From the IMG/VR virus record IMGVR_UViG_3300011561_000001, positions 25,993 through 89,992 of that record: 64,000 nt of DNA. One strand, 5' to 3'. The notes under the pieces are model-generated. The model saw only the letters and a list, made by a program, of their open reading frames with translations. It was not told the DNA's origin and ran no database searches. This document shows positions 46,806 through 56,387 of the stretch, one piece after another. Position numbers and translations under genes: made by a program. The DNA comes from a virus (Duplodnaviria > Caudoviricetes). Within the stretch, counting starts at the first letter, position 1; each line of letters opens with the position of its first letter.

Positions 46806-47171
46806 ATGAACAAAGACTACCTTAAAAACATAAGTCAAGAAGAACGAGCTTTAATGCTTGAGAAGGCTAAAGCCAAGCGTGAAGAGAAAAAGAAGGCTGG
46901 TGAATCTCTTCGTCAGAATTATGCAGATGAGAATTACCACCGCTCATTGGCAAAAGAATATGGCCTGCGTATGCCCGCCAGTTATATCAGTAATCAGGAA
47001 GTTAAATATTTGAAGCGAGCAGCTAAGCATCTTGGAGTGGATATCAAGGAATATCTTACAGATTGTGGTTGCACAACACTGAAACAGCTTGCTAATATGA
47101 ATCCTAATGAGACAGCAGTTGAATTCGTGGGCTGCTTTCTTGAGTGGTATTCTGAGAAGGAGAAGAAATGA
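46806..47171 (+). CDS. hypothetical protein
   Basis: 121 aa, GGAGGAG RBS. Confidence 0.75.
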   Translation: MNKDYLKNISQEERALMLEKAKAKREEKKKAGESLRQNYADENYHRSLAKEYGLRMPASYISNQEVKYLKRAAKHLGVDIKEYLTDCGCTTLKQLANMNPNETAVEFVGCFLEWYSEKEKK

Positions 47172-47386
47172 AACGCTATTTGAAACTAAGTTGGCATCTG
47201 TTAGTCATTACTTTTGCACTATATCTAATCAGGCCAGCGGAGGCGCTGTGTAAGGCTACTAAGTATAGTTCTGTTATGTTCTTCCGGTGCTTCAAGGATG
47301 AGTGGTCATACATTTTTCAAAAGGATGGTTGGAAGTCTCTAGAACTTTACAAGTGTGCTTTTGATTTGTTTAAGGAGTGTAAATGA
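47168..47386 (+). CDS. hypothetical protein (hydrophobic N-terminus)
   Basis: 72 aa, ATGA overlap. Confidence 0.65.
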   Translation: MKRYLKLSWHLLVITFALYLIRPAEALCKATKYSSVMFFRCFKDEWSYIFQKDGWKSLELYKCAFDLFKECK

Positions 47387-47526
47387 TACAAGAGGAAAAG
47401 CTTGCAATTGTCGTGGAAGCTGTCTTGAAGCTATACGGGCATATTGAAATACGAACAAGGCGTGATGATGAGCTTATAAAGCTTCTTTATGAAATTAAGA
47501 GAGGAGATGAGAAGAATGATGAGTGA
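47383..47526 (+). CDS. small hypothetical protein (47 aa; not in ORF track)
   Basis: AGGAG RBS, ATGA overlap. Confidence 0.55.
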   Translation: MIQEEKLAIVVEAVLKLYGHIEIRTRRDDELIKLLYEIKRGDEKNDE

Positions 47527-47671
47527 TGCTGATAAGTGGTTCTTTGGGTTTATTACGCTCTGGATTGTTCTGTGTGCAGGTGAACCAGACCTTTTGGATG
47601 CTGTTGCAGAACGCGTTAGCGGAAAATATGCTTGTGTTGAGGAGAAAAAGCTTGAACACACAGCAGATTGA
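47516..47671 (+). CDS. small membrane / secreted hypothetical protein
   Basis: WFFGFITLWIVLCA hydrophobic segment; start re-called at 47516. Confidence 0.55.
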   Translation: MMSDADKWFFGFITLWIVLCAGEPDLLDAVAERVSGKYACVEEKKLEHTAD

Positions 47672-47882
47672 CTTCATCAAACAACTTGACCCTGAGGGAT
47701 TAAACGGCACTGTGGCATCGATAATGCTCCGTAACGATTTAAATATGTGCAACTACACAAAAACCTTGGAGTACCTGTTGCAAGTTACGATTGGAGAGCG
47801 TAAAATGCTAATCGAAGAGAATATGAAGCTTAGCAAGATATTGAAAGAACATGATTTGTATCATTTGATTTTGGAGGATTAA
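47652..47882 (+). CDS. hypothetical protein
   Basis: TTG start after GAGGAG; 3' part of track ORF 47523-47882. Confidence 0.55.
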   Translation: MNTQQIDFIKQLDPEGLNGTVASIMLRNDLNMCNYTKTLEYLLQVTIGERKMLIEENMKLSKILKEHDLYHLILED

Positions 47883-47887
47883 CAGAA

Positions 47888-48109
47888 ATGGTAACAGTAC
47901 GTAGTAACAAAGTTAATGGTAAGCCGGTATTCAAAGATAATGATTTCGTCTCTTATTTTAAAGAGATTGAAAATATTGCTTATATGGAAGGGATTCGGCA
48001 TTCTGATGTTGTTCGCCTTCGTGGTGATATTGAGCTTTGCTTTCTTGGGGAGTTGAGTGCTTTGGAGTGTTTTGATATTGTGTTTGGTGAACATTTGGAG
48101 GAAATGTGA
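47888..48109 (+). CDS. hypothetical protein
   Basis: 73 aa, GGAGG RBS. Confidence 0.7.
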   Translation: MVTVRSNKVNGKPVFKDNDFVSYFKEIENIAYMEGIRHSDVVRLRGDIELCFLGELSALECFDIVFGEHLEEM

Positions 48110-48387
48110 TGAATTATGTATTCAAATGCTTTCTGGATAGAGGTAATAAAATTACACTAACTGATAAATATGCTGAAATTTCAACAAACCGTTACGAGAA
48201 CTTGCGTATCCCGCTTGACTATATTTTTACAGAAAATCCGTATGCAATTCGTCTGGTAGAAGTTTATCTAAAATTTATAGATGGTAAATCACAAGAAGAA
48301 ATAGCTGCTAAGGAAGCTGTTCGTAAGGCACAAGAAAGTTTGAAAGCTGCTGAAGAGGTTCTTAATAAAGTGAAGAAGGAGAATTAA
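48106..48387 (+). CDS. hypothetical protein (C-terminal coiled coil)
   Basis: 93 aa. Confidence 0.7.
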   Translation: MMNYVFKCFLDRGNKITLTDKYAEISTNRYENLRIPLDYIFTENPYAIRLVEVYLKFIDGKSQEEIAAKEAVRKAQESLKAAEEVLNKVKKEN

Positions 48388-48388
48388 G

Positions 48389-49174
48389 ATGGGAGCACGA
48401 GAAAGGGTTATTATGATGGAGGTTGACGGTGATACCATCGCCGTGCCTCGTAAGAAAACGCGGGCCGACAAAACACCGAAGCAATCAACTCGATCAGATG
48501 TAGAATGTGTAGGGATGAAAACTTTCTCGCCTAGTAAGTGGCAGAAAGAGGCTCTTGAAGTGATCCAAGAGCACGACATAACTTTTGTAGACTCAGTAGC
48601 TGGTGTGGGCAAGACTTCTGTTGCCCTATATTACGCATGTCAGCAGTATTTGGCAGATGTGAACAAGAAGATTGTTTTTGTTCGTACTCCAGCGGAAGTT
48701 GGTAAAGATCGGATTGGGTTTTTGCCGGGAGCAGCTACCACGGGTATGGACGATAAGCTCGGTCCACACTTTGAATCTACCAAGGCTCTGCTTGTAGATT
48801 TCATCGGTAAAAACAAAATGGAGGCGGACGAAGGAAAGCGTATCTTCTTTACCATCCCAAACTTTGCACTAGGTAAGACATATTCGGATTGCATCTATGT
48901 TCTGGACGAATGTCAGCTCATGGAGCCTCTGATCCTAAAGTTGCTACTTGAGCGTATTGGGCACGGCACTCGGTGTATTGTTCTTGGTTCTAGTGGTCAG
49001 CTCTATACAGATAACAATCACGGTCGGGCAGGGTTGAAAGACGCACTAAAGCGTTTCTTCACGCCAGAAATGGAAAAGAAGTACGAACGTATCGGATATT
49101 ACAAGTTCCCGATGGAAGCCATTCAACGAGCAGATGTTGTGAGGGACGTTATTATAGCTTATGAAAATGATTAA
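48389..49174 (+). CDS. phoH: PhoH-like ATPase
   Basis: Walker A variant AGVGKT, IGFLPG, LDECQ, LERIG...VLG...Q, R.DVVRDVI.AY. Confidence 0.88.
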   Translation: MGARERVIMMEVDGDTIAVPRKKTRADKTPKQSTRSDVECVGMKTFSPSKWQKEALEVIQEHDITFVDSVAGVGKTSVALYYACQQYLADVNKKIVFVRTPAEVGKDRIGFLPGAATTGMDDKLGPHFESTKALLVDFIGKNKMEADEGKRIFFTIPNFALGKTYSDCIYVLDECQLMEPLILKLLLERIGHGTRCIVLGSSGQLYTDNNHGRAGLKDALKRFFTPEMEKKYERIGYYKFPMEAIQRADVVRDVIIAYEND

Positions 49175-49973
49175 ACAGATAGGCAGGTGGAAAATACAAA
49201 GCATTTTCACAGAGGGTAAGAGGAAGTTTTTCTCTGCTCAGTGTGAAGTTTGTGGAGACTTTCTTGAAAAAGTTAGGTCAGATTACGTAGAAAAAGTGAA
49301 CTGTTCGTGTACTAAGAAACAGCTAGGTAAGCCTCTGAGTGCTGGCGACGTATTCGGTGAGTTAACTGTCATAGAAAAGGCACCGAACAAGGGTAAGTCT
49401 GCTCGGTATAAAGTTCAGTGCTCCTGCGGACAAATAAAGGAGGTAGAGGCGGGCCATCTCAGGAATGGTAGCACTAAGAGTTGTGGTTGCTCTTTGGAAG
49501 CTAAGCGTGGTAGCCGAAGAGAGAATCATGGCCTTAGTGCTTCAAAGGAATACAAAGTGTGGGCTGGGATTATTGCCAGAACATCTTATCCTTATGAGAG
49601 CACTAAGAAGTGGTACTACGATAAGGAAATTGAGATAAGTGCTGAGTGGAGGTCTTCATTTTTAAAGTTCTATGAAGATATGGGTCCGTGTCCAGAGGGT
49701 TACTCTATTGATCGAATAGACCCAGATGGCGATTACTGCAAGGAAAATTGTCGCTGGGCTAGTCCTCCGTTACAAGCTATAAACAAAGGATTGTTTTCAA
49801 ATAACACATCTGGGAAAACTGGTGTAAGCTTTAATAATCAGCACCAAAAATGGGTATCTACGATATATGTGGACAATAATGCTATATACCTTGGTTTGTT
49901 TGCAAATTTCGATGATGCAGTTAAGGCAAGAGAAGACGCAGAGCAAAAGTACCGTTCACATATTAAGGAGTAA
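49161..49973 (+). CDS. HNH-AP2 homing endonuclease
   Basis: CSCG...GSTKSCGC, SIDRIDPDGDYCKENCRWA, C-terminal SGKTGVSF...YLGLF...A..AR AP2 domain. Confidence 0.88.
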   Translation: MKMIKQIGRWKIQSIFTEGKRKFFSAQCEVCGDFLEKVRSDYVEKVNCSCTKKQLGKPLSAGDVFGELTVIEKAPNKGKSARYKVQCSCGQIKEVEAGHLRNGSTKSCGCSLEAKRGSRRENHGLSASKEYKVWAGIIARTSYPYESTKKWYYDKEIEISAEWRSSFLKFYEDMGPCPEGYSIDRIDPDGDYCKENCRWASPPLQAINKGLFSNNTSGKTGVSFNNQHQKWVSTIYVDNNAIYLGLFANFDDAVKAREDAEQKYRSHIKE

Positions 49974-49976
49974 ATA

Positions 49977-50729
49977 ATGGAAGATGAAATCAAGATGTTT
50001 CCGTTGATGCAACCCAACAAGCTAATCTCAACAGATTGTGGCGACCATGTTCTGTATGAATACTATCTTGTTGGTTCTATTGGCAACCCCGATGAGTACA
50101 TTGAGCTGTGTCATGCACTCCGTGCAGCTCGACAAGAAGACCACTTTATTATTCGTATTAATTCGGGTGGTGGTCAAGTGAGAAGCGGTAATCAAATTAT
50201 CAACGCTATTCAAGAAAGCGAAGCGTGCGTGGTTGGGTTTATTGAACATGATTGCGGGAGTATGGCAACGTTCGTATTTCTAGCGTGTGACACTTGGGGT
50301 GTGAGTAAATATGCAGAATGGTTTAGCCACACAGTTTCTGGTGGCAACTACGGGAAAGAATGCGAGACGTATGAGGCTGCTCAGTTTCTTCGTAAGCAAA
50401 CGCACAAACGTATTAGAGAAGAGTATGCAAATTTCTTGCATCCAGAAGAAATCGAAGCTATTCTGACCGGGACTGACATCTATCTTGATTCAGACGATGT
50501 GATGGAGAGGCTGGAAAACTTTGACAAGGTGCGTACTGAGCGTGAGAACGAAGAAATGGAAGGTTACGAGCCACCGCCCTCTATCGAGGACATGATGTTC
50601 GAAGCTGCCAAGAAAGCTCTTGCTGCTCACGAAGCAGAAAAAGCCAAGAAGGAAGCTAAGGCTCGGAAAGCTGCTGAACGTAAACCGAAGGACACACCTT
50701 CCAATCAAAAACCGGAAGATATTGGATAA
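49977..50729 (+). CDS. ClpP-like (S14 family) protease
   Basis: IRINSGGG, catalytic Ser in CGSMATFVF, His in FSHTVSG; charged C-terminal tail. Confidence 0.8.
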   Translation: MEDEIKMFPLMQPNKLISTDCGDHVLYEYYLVGSIGNPDEYIELCHALRAARQEDHFIIRINSGGGQVRSGNQIINAIQESEACVVGFIEHDCGSMATFVFLACDTWGVSKYAEWFSHTVSGGNYGKECETYEAAQFLRKQTHKRIREEYANFLHPEEIEAILTGTDIYLDSDDVMERLENFDKVRTERENEEMEGYEPPPSIEDMMFEAAKKALAAHEAEKAKKEAKARKAAERKPKDTPSNQKPEDIG

Positions 50730-50736
50730 AATATCG

Positions 50737-50797
50737 TTGACACAGGGGCTAGCCTGATTTATTCTAGCCCCATCAACACAAACAAGGAGATTAAATC
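50737..50797 (+). promoter_or_regulatory. strong sigma70-like promoter with conserved leader
   Basis: TTGACA-17 nt-TATTCT; GGGGCTAG/CTAGCCCC inverted repeat; leader CATCAACACAAACAAGGAG. Confidence 0.8.
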
Positions 50798-51445
50798 ATG
50801 ATCCGTCCTACCAGAGCAAACTATTGGAGCAGCAGCAAGCTGTCACTAAAAATTCGTGAACATTTCGGATTGACCAATCCACTAGCACTTACTTGGGAAG
50901 GGTGGGACGACCACGAAGAAATTTGTAAGCAGAAAGCACCAATCATCCATTGGATCACTGACACCGGATTTGATAAATTTCAGAATATCATCCTCTTTCC
51001 GAGCGATCTGTGGTGGGCTTTTAAAACAGCAACAGTCTGGAAGTTCCTCCGTAATCTGTGGCTCTTCCGAAAGGCTCTGTGGAGATATCGTTCTTGGGAC
51101 TACCATGGAATGTTTCAGTTCATGGAAACTTGTGCAAGGGATATGTCGCGTTGTCATAAGGAACATGGTCATCTGATGCGTTCGGAAGAGACTGCAAAAG
51201 AGCTTAAAGTTTTTGCTGAACTCTTGCATCGTATCAACGAAGATACTTATACGGATGACAAGCTGGATTTTAAGAAAGTAAGTGACAGCGGACTCTTTGG
51301 TGGGTATGGTTTCGAACAAAAACCAAACACGCTCCCTGCTTACAAAAGTAAAAGCTTTTATAAAATTATTGCATCCAACAAGAAAAATGATCTGGAACTG
51401 ATTGGTAAGATGTTGGCTAGAAAATCACAAAGTTGGTGGAGTTAG
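50798..51445 (+). CDS. hypothetical protein (Trp-rich)
   Basis: 215 aa, AAGGAG RBS. Confidence 0.8.
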   Translation: MIRPTRANYWSSSKLSLKIREHFGLTNPLALTWEGWDDHEEICKQKAPIIHWITDTGFDKFQNIILFPSDLWWAFKTATVWKFLRNLWLFRKALWRYRSWDYHGMFQFMETCARDMSRCHKEHGHLMRSEETAKELKVFAELLHRINEDTYTDDKLDFKKVSDSGLFGGYGFEQKPNTLPAYKSKSFYKIIASNKKNDLELIGKMLARKSQSWWS

Positions 51446-51448
51446 TGT

Positions 51449-51985
51449 ATGTCTAAAAAGAACAGATCGGTGTATAATATTAAAGATTTCAAGGGAGAGA
51501 ATTGGGAGTGGGTGACAACCTTTAGCGAGACCACTGAGAAAGAATACATTCAGTATTGGACAAGAAGTTTTAAGTTGTGGGTCAAGATTAACGGTAGATG
51601 TTCTAACGGATATATTTTGAAAGAAAGACCGGGGTATGAGTCTAGTGAAAATAAGTTTAGCTCATTTCAAGAGTTCGCAACTTGGTGCAACAACCAAGAA
51701 GGTTATAATAACAAAGACCCGAACGGGAGATTTTGGAGTATAGATAAAGACATATTAAGCCCCGCAGGTCTATCTTATTATTCGGAAGATACTTGCATAT
51801 TCGTACCCAACGATGTGAACCAATTCTTTAAAAGAAAGATGGATACAGACAACGAATTAATTGTGAAAAGGAGAATAATAAAACTTCAAGAGTATATTGT
51901 AAACAACAAAAATTGGCCCGATAATCTACTCTCGGCTTTAAGACGAAAATTAGAAGAGTTGCAAAAATTAACAGGGGAGGGATAG
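51449..51985 (+). CDS. HNH-like endonuclease related to 8396-9019 (possibly degenerate)
   Basis: FQEFATWC..Q, IDKDIL...YSEDTCIFVP..VN; lacks the AP2 tail. Confidence 0.6.
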   Translation: MSKKNRSVYNIKDFKGENWEWVTTFSETTEKEYIQYWTRSFKLWVKINGRCSNGYILKERPGYESSENKFSSFQEFATWCNNQEGYNNKDPNGRFWSIDKDILSPAGLSYYSEDTCIFVPNDVNQFFKRKMDTDNELIVKRRIIKLQEYIVNNKNWPDNLLSALRRKLEELQKLTGEG

Positions 51986-51986
51986 T

Positions 51987-52256
51987 ATGAATAAATTCAC
52001 AGCCGAAGATGCTCGAAAATTGGCAGGCCCATCAGTGGATGACCATGTTGAAGAGGCTTTGAAGGTAATCAAAGAACAAGCAGAGGAGAAGCAACATACG
52101 GCAGCGCTGCACTCTGATTTTTGGACCCGAGGAGGATACAGCCGTACAAAGGAATGGGAAGCTGCTTGCAAGAAGCTCGTAGAGTTGGGATTTGGAGTTG
52201 AGTTCTTCTACGAAGAGCGACAGTTTGTAAACATGTACACTCTTGTTAAGTGGTGA
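51987..52256 (+). CDS. hypothetical protein
   Basis: 89 aa. Confidence 0.7.
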   Translation: MNKFTAEDARKLAGPSVDDHVEEALKVIKEQAEEKQHTAALHSDFWTRGGYSRTKEWEAACKKLVELGFGVEFFYEERQFVNMYTLVKW

Positions 52257-52270
52257 ATAGGAGAAATGAA

Positions 52271-52498
52271 ATGACATTCGTATATTTTTGGTTGGTGTGT
52301 GGATTGATTGGTTTTACCATTGGCCTAATCAACACTTGGTTTAACGGACAAGACACAATTCTCTCAACTTTTTCTGAGAAGTTCTTTGTCTATGTTCTTC
52401 TTGGACCCATAAGCCTTGCCGCTGAATTGGTGTCAATTGTCAGTTGCTTGATTAAGCCTTACAAGAAAAATGTGATTATCAAAGGACGTAAGAAATGA
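52271..52498 (+). CDS. hypothetical membrane protein (2 TMD)
   Basis: FVYFWLVCGLIGFTIGLI and FFVYVLLGPISLAA segments. Confidence 0.65.
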   Translation: MTFVYFWLVCGLIGFTIGLINTWFNGQDTILSTFSEKFFVYVLLGPISLAAELVSIVSCLIKPYKKNVIIKGRKK

Positions 52499-52713
52499 AT
52501 CGCTACGCTCTTGTATACGGTCCAAGCGGTCAAAACATTCATCTACCTGTAGAATGTGATATGGAATCAACTTTCTGTGAGAATCCCTTTTGTGATAGCC
52601 CCTGTGATTGTGGCTATACATTTGAAGAAGCAAAGGATGCGGTGATTCGTTACTACGAAGAAAAGATTGAACGCCTGAAAACACTGTCTGAGGAAGAATG
52701 GGAGAACATTTGA
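52495..52713 (+). CDS. hypothetical Cys-rich protein
   Basis: C...FCENPFCDSPCDCG. Confidence 0.7.
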   Translation: MNRYALVYGPSGQNIHLPVECDMESTFCENPFCDSPCDCGYTFEEAKDAVIRYYEEKIERLKTLSEEEWENI

Positions 52714-52714
52714 A

Positions 52715-52897
52715 ATGAAAGTATTTATTTTGCAATTTTATGACGCACACGACACTTGGACTCAGGGTGTTTATCAAACCCGAGAACTGGCGGAATATTA
52801 TTACGACAGTAATCCAGAGTGGTCAGAGGGGTATGCCGGTCACAGTATTGTAGAACATGTCCTAATCACAGAGCCGTGCGTGGAGCGAGTAGAATGA
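52715..52897 (+). CDS. hypothetical protein
   Basis: 60 aa. Confidence 0.65.
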   Translation: MKVFILQFYDAHDTWTQGVYQTRELAEYYYDSNPEWSEGYAGHSIVEHVLITEPCVERVE

Positions 52898-53187
52898 CAA
52901 GCATCAAGAAAGGACTTATCTGCAACCTAAGCCCTCACAAATTCAATCGTCTGAAAGAACGCGAAGAGGCTGTAATTGGACAAGCTTATTACACACCAAA
53001 AGGAGTGTTCCAATATAAATCAGAAGTGGCTCTTGAATCTTTCTACATCTGCCCATTTCTTTACATGAAGATTAAATGTAAGAAGCAACCAGAGAATCAT
53101 CTAAAGACTGTTTGCATTCGTGTAGATAGGTCTACGGGCTATGATAATCTCTTCACTTGCTTTGTTGAAGACAACACTGTTCTGTAA
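52894..53187 (+). CDS. hypothetical protein
   Basis: ATGA overlap at 52894. Confidence 0.6.
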   Translation: MTSIKKGLICNLSPHKFNRLKEREEAVIGQAYYTPKGVFQYKSEVALESFYICPFLYMKIKCKKQPENHLKTVCIRVDRSTGYDNLFTCFVEDNTVL

Positions 53188-53201
53188 TAAGGAGTCGAAG
53201 T

Positions 53202-53495
53202 ATGACCAAAGAAGTGTATATTGTTGTACCTTTTGAATCTCTCGAAGAAGATGACTTCACTGCCCCATCTGCGTTTTACTTCCGTCCAGCTTCAGGTGAA
53301 GCGATTTTCGTGAAATGTAAGGACCGAGCCAAGGCACAACAGCTTTGTGATGAGTGGACAGGAGAGAAAGGTAAGTATACAATCCGAGCAATCAAGAATG
53401 TGAAAACTAAAAGTAAAACAGAAAGCGGGGATTTGACGTGCTACGGCTCAAACACACGGAAAGGATTTTCCCCACGACTGAAAGGGCTTAAATAA
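53202..53495 (+). CDS. hypothetical protein
   Basis: 97 aa, AAGGAG RBS. Confidence 0.75.
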   Translation: MTKEVYIVVPFESLEEDDFTAPSAFYFRPASGEAIFVKCKDRAKAQQLCDEWTGEKGKYTIRAIKNVKTKSKTESGDLTCYGSNTRKGFSPRLKGLK

Positions 53496-53776
53496 TGAGC
53501 AATTACATTTACGACTACCAAGAAACTGTTCGTGTAGATGGGGTGGATGGTCTTTACATTGTTTCTTCTCGTAAGACAAAATCTCTTCCGTCTGGCGTAG
53601 TAACACGCTACTATTCTCTTGTTGGAGCTGTTACAGGAAAGCCTCTTATTAACACAGGAGGGATTTGGTGGCCTTCTTCGAGTCTTAAAAAGAATTACAG
53701 TGAGAGCTATATGACATTCCATGAGCTGATAGATGTATTGAAGAATGATGTTATTCAACAGGATGATTTTGAATAG
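53495..53776 (+). CDS. hypothetical protein
   Basis: 93 aa, TAATG coupling. Confidence 0.7.
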   Translation: MSNYIYDYQETVRVDGVDGLYIVSSRKTKSLPSGVVTRYYSLVGAVTGKPLINTGGIWWPSSSLKKNYSESYMTFHELIDVLKNDVIQQDDFE

Positions 53777-53785
53777 GAGAAAACA

Positions 53786-54001
53786 ATGGCAGCAGCAGAC
53801 TACCGGCTATGTGATCGGTGCAATGAGAAAGTTTTCTACGATGCAAATCTGAACTATCAGTTTGAAGAAGACGATTGGGCCACCTTCGATGAGATTGACA
53901 AAAAGCGTGGATATCGATTGGATTATCTTGGCGATTGGCTTTGCCTTTGTAAAGATTGCTCAGATCGCTACATCATTGTCACTATGGACCGGGAGGAATA
54001 A
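53786..54001 (+). CDS. small zinc-finger-like protein
   Basis: CDRC...LCKDC. Confidence 0.7.
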   Translation: MAAADYRLCDRCNEKVFYDANLNYQFEEDDWATFDEIDKKRGYRLDYLGDWLCLCKDCSDRYIIVTMDREE

Positions 54002-54324
54002 TGGCACACAATAAAGAACTAGCAAAGAAACAAGGGCTGTCTGAAAAAGATTGTATTGCAATTGGCGTGCTTCATAAGATGCGTGAACAGATTGTTTCGC
54101 GTCCAGATATGTTTTTCGATGACAAAGAGAAAGTGTTGGAAGTGCTTCAAGGAGTTGAGTATTCCCTTCAGTGGCTCTGGAACTTTCCAATGGATAAAAA
54201 TTGGCACCTTACACAATTTCGTCTTCCTGAATGCCTTTGTCCGTATCTAGACAACAAAGAACGAGCCGGCACTGGTTATTGGGTGATTAATAAGAAATGT
54301 CCGTATCACGGAGATAAGTTTTGA
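54001..54324 (+). CDS. hypothetical Cys/His protein
   Basis: W.F....H......CLCP..DN...CPYH motif. Confidence 0.75.
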   Translation: MAHNKELAKKQGLSEKDCIAIGVLHKMREQIVSRPDMFFDDKEKVLEVLQGVEYSLQWLWNFPMDKNWHLTQFRLPECLCPYLDNKERAGTGYWVINKKCPYHGDKF

Positions 54325-54740
54325 AACACAAGCATAAACTTGCCTATATGGAGTGTGCCGAAGCGTTTGCTAAATGTTCTGTCGGAGAGAGATTGAAGGT
54401 TGGGAGTGTGATTGTAAAGAACAACCGGATAATCTCGTGCGGCTACAACGCTTTGCCAGCGCATATTGACGGACTTCTTGAAGATGAGGCAGGTAAAACA
54501 CGACCAGAAGTTAGGCACAGTGAAATAAACGCACTTATGGGTCTGATAAAATCATCTGAATCTGCTGTTGGGGCGACACTATTCTGCACTCACAGTTCTT
54601 GTGAGCAATGTGCTATTGATATCGTGGATGCGGGGATTGTGAAGGTCTATTACAAACACGATTTCCGTTGTGACAAGGGGTTGAAGTACCTAATTAAAAA
54701 TGGTGTTTCAGTAGAAAAACTTAATGAAGAAAATCATTGA
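54321..54740 (+). CDS. dCMP deaminase (CMP/dCMP-type zinc deaminase)
   Basis: VGSVIV...IISCGYNA, HSEINAL, THSSCEQCA (S replaces the usual P), GIVKVYY. Confidence 0.9.
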   Translation: MKHKHKLAYMECAEAFAKCSVGERLKVGSVIVKNNRIISCGYNALPAHIDGLLEDEAGKTRPEVRHSEINALMGLIKSSESAVGATLFCTHSSCEQCAIDIVDAGIVKVYYKHDFRCDKGLKYLIKNGVSVEKLNEENH

Positions 54741-54765
54741 CACACAGAAGCCACTAGCTTATTCT
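54737..54765 (+). promoter_or_regulatory. sigma70-like promoter
   Basis: TTGACA-17 nt-TATTCT. Confidence 0.75.
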
Positions 54766-54839
54766 CTTTACATAGAGATTGGTTAGTGGCTTTTCTTCAT
54801 TCTGAAGAACGCCTTTTCTTGTTTATGGAGGATGAAAAT

Positions 54840-55085
54840 ATGAATAACAGGATGACTTCTTTTGAGTTTATCTGCTGGAGTGTTTTCTTAGGTGGTGTTT
54901 TGTTCTTCTTAGACGTCTGGCTGTCAGATGTGTATGAACAGCGTCACAAGATCAAACAGCTTCCACCAGCTCCGAATGGTTTTGAGCACACACGAGAAGA
55001 GAAAGCTATTTTGTGTACAGGGTGGCCCACTTGCATGAAACTTGCAGAAGCTGTGACGTATGTATCGACAAATAGGAGAAAATAG
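54840..55085 (+). CDS. hypothetical protein with N-terminal TMD
   Basis: FICWSVFLGGVLFFL; GGAGG RBS. Confidence 0.65.
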   Translation: MNNRMTSFEFICWSVFLGGVLFFLDVWLSDVYEQRHKIKQLPPAPNGFEHTREEKAILCTGWPTCMKLAEAVTYVSTNRRK

Positions 55086-55087
55086 TT

Positions 55088-55846
55088 ATGAAAAGACCAT
55101 ACAATTTTAAAAACTTAATGGATCAAGTCTTTGGTAGACTCACCGTAATAGGTGAGCTGCCTGATGTTTATTATCCGAGTGGCGCAAGGAGGGTGCAGTG
55201 GAAATGTAGGTGTGAGTGCGGAAAAGAGACTAATGTTCTGGCTTGCCAGCTCACATCTGGTAAAACTCAGTCCTGTGGTTGTCTGAAAAATGAAAATCTT
55301 GTTGATAGGGTATTCAAACACGGAATGACAAAAACTAACGAATATATGATATGGGCTGCGATAAAAGATCGATGCCGTAATCCGAATAATAAGAAATATG
55401 ACGATTATGGTGGGAGAGGTATCTTTTTGCAAAAGAGTTGGGAAGAAGATTTTCTAAAATTTTATAACTACGTCGGTCCAAAACCGGGGATGGGTTATTC
55501 AATAGATCGTATAGATAATAATAAAGGGTACGAGGAAGGTAATGTCCGGTGGGCTACTACTAAGGAGCAAAGAAATAATCAACGAAAGGTGAGAGGAAAG
55601 AACAGGTTTAAATATGTGGCCTATCATAAAGCTTCTGGAAGCTACACCGGAGGTTTTAAATTTGAGGATAAGAGGGTAGGGCTGCCGTTGCATTGGGATG
55701 AGGAGGAGCAAGCTAGGAGGGTCTACTTGAAGTACAAGGAAGTGTATGGCGAGTTTCCTAAATATATAGAGGAGGATTTGATTTACTTAGGCTTGTTGAG
55801 TGAAAGCGGAGAATGTGACGAAGAGGAAGACCTAAGTGAAGCTTGA
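55088..55846 (+). CDS. HNH homing endonuclease
   Basis: FGRLTV, CRCECG, SGKTQSCGC, YGGRGI, SIDRIDNNKGYEEGNVRWAT..EQ..N.R. Confidence 0.9.
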   Translation: MKRPYNFKNLMDQVFGRLTVIGELPDVYYPSGARRVQWKCRCECGKETNVLACQLTSGKTQSCGCLKNENLVDRVFKHGMTKTNEYMIWAAIKDRCRNPNNKKYDDYGGRGIFLQKSWEEDFLKFYNYVGPKPGMGYSIDRIDNNKGYEEGNVRWATTKEQRNNQRKVRGKNRFKYVAYHKASGSYTGGFKFEDKRVGLPLHWDEEEQARRVYLKYKEVYGEFPKYIEEDLIYLGLLSESGECDEEEDLSEA

Positions 55847-56186
55847 AATTGTTGGTGGGAATTATGATGAAGCTGCGAGGAAAGCCTTCAAAGGAAACCC
55901 TAACACAGCTCTAAGCTTCTTCATTGTAGCATCGTATTGCTATTATGTGGTTTACGAAAGCATCCTATCAGATGAATGCTACGACAAGATGGCTCGTTAT
56001 CTGCTACAGAATTGGGATAACATTGAGCATGTTAACAAAGATTTGGTCACAAAAGATAATTTAAAGGCTGGAAGCCTTTACAACCTGAAAGAAAGCGACT
56101 ACCCTACAAGGGTGAAAGTGACAGCAGATATTCTTATACGAGATTTGCTGTTGTGGAGAAACGAACGAGGAGAGAATCAGAAATGA
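55836..56186 (+). CDS. stand-alone NAD-dependent DNA ligase subdomain Ia-like protein
   Basis: SYCYYV..ESILSDECYD matches the Y(Y)..D.P.(I/V)SD.EYD motif; no adenylation domain. Confidence 0.6.
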   Translation: MKLEIVGGNYDEAARKAFKGNPNTALSFFIVASYCYYVVYESILSDECYDKMARYLLQNWDNIEHVNKDLVTKDNLKAGSLYNLKESDYPTRVKVTADILIRDLLLWRNERGENQK

Positions 56187-56383
56187 CAGAACAAATTGAA
56201 GAAAATTTTGTAGAAGGACAAGTGCAAACTCCTTCTCAAATTGCACGACTGTTCACAAACCTAGATGCACTGCTTGACTTTGCAAAATATGCACGTCCTG
56301 CTGCTTTCACTGTACAATCTGGTGTAGATGAGGATGGTAAGGCTGTCTGGCAGATTGTCTATCATGCACAAAATCGAGGATAA
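56183..56383 (+). CDS. hypothetical protein
   Basis: ATGA overlap at 56183. Confidence 0.65.
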   Translation: MTEQIEENFVEGQVQTPSQIARLFTNLDALLDFAKYARPAAFTVQSGVDEDGKAVWQIVYHAQNRG

Positions 56384-56387
56384 AGAG

